The position numbers were made by a program, and so were the translations under genes. A DNA stretch of 64,000 nucleotides from Nemertoderma westbladi (taxonomy: Eukaryota > Animalia > Xenacoelomorpha): the NCBI GenBank assembly GCA_032718475.1, contig JAUCBJ010008670.1, positions 27,923-91,922 on the forward strand, given 5' to 3'. Below, one piece after another: positions 63,577 to 64,000 of the stretch; position 1 is the first letter of the stretch, and every line of letters begins with the position of its first letter. The notes beneath the pieces are model-generated. The model made no database searches. It worked only from the letters and a program-made list of their open reading frames with translations, and had not been told where the DNA came from.

Positions 63577-64000
63577 AAATTTTGGTGCTAGCACCAAATT
63601 TCGTACCCATCACCAAAAAGTACAAGTTTCCGATGTCCAGTGCTGTTTTTATTGATTCCATCGGATTCAGGACCCTCATAAACCGTATAACGCAAGAAAC
63701 AAGATGATACTATCTACTGATCAATTTACTCATTTTCCAAAATTTGGTGCTGGCACAACAATTTTCACCCACCGGCAAAAAATACAAGTTTGAAAACTCT
63801 TATGAAATTTTTACTGATTCCATTGAATTCAGAACCATAACAAACCCGTATAACGCAAGAAACAAGATGACACAATCAATTGATATATTTGATGGTTTTC
63901 AAAATTTGGTGCTAGCACCACATTTTGCACCCACTTCCGAAAAATACAAGTTTGAGATGTCTAGTTCGATAATTATATATTCCATTGAATTCAGAACAGC
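63577..64000. repeat. Diverged ~162-bp tandem repeat running off the window end
   Basis: AAATTTGGTGCT(A/G)GCAC recurs near 63577, 63740 and 63901, each followed by the TACAAGTTT and ATTCCAT..ATTCAG blocks. Confidence 0.8.

Overview
AT-rich, repeat-dense eukaryotic genomic DNA, most likely from an invertebrate animal (inferred from spliceosomal GT-AG exons, a Six3/6 gene, ShKT domains and the transposon families present). Two host genes converge. On the minus strand is a Six3/6 (optix) homeobox gene (first coding exon 52256-53040). On the plus strand is a multi-exon CAP/CRISP-domain gene followed by about four ShKT domains and an unrecognised Cys motif. I reconstructed it by hand from nine exons between 12614 and 32082; its 5' exons were not found, and one exon has an in-frame TGA. 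The rest is mostly mobile DNA: an apparently intact CR1/L2-group LINE ORF with a 2A-like NPGP motif, a P-superfamily THAP transposon with 148-bp TIRs and a 7-bp TSD, a non-autonomous Helitron nested in a long-TIR MITE, two Helentron-like elements, a piggyBac-type MITE, RTE-clade LINE relics, tRNA-derived SINEs and several satellites. The most striking pattern is a ~146-bp tandem unit carried by two different rolling-circle-type elements. Most units contain a CTCF-like motif (CCGCTAGAGGGCG on the minus strand), giving same-orientation arrays 3' of Six3/6. No CRISPR array or prokaryotic system is present. All calls are by eye, with no database searches.
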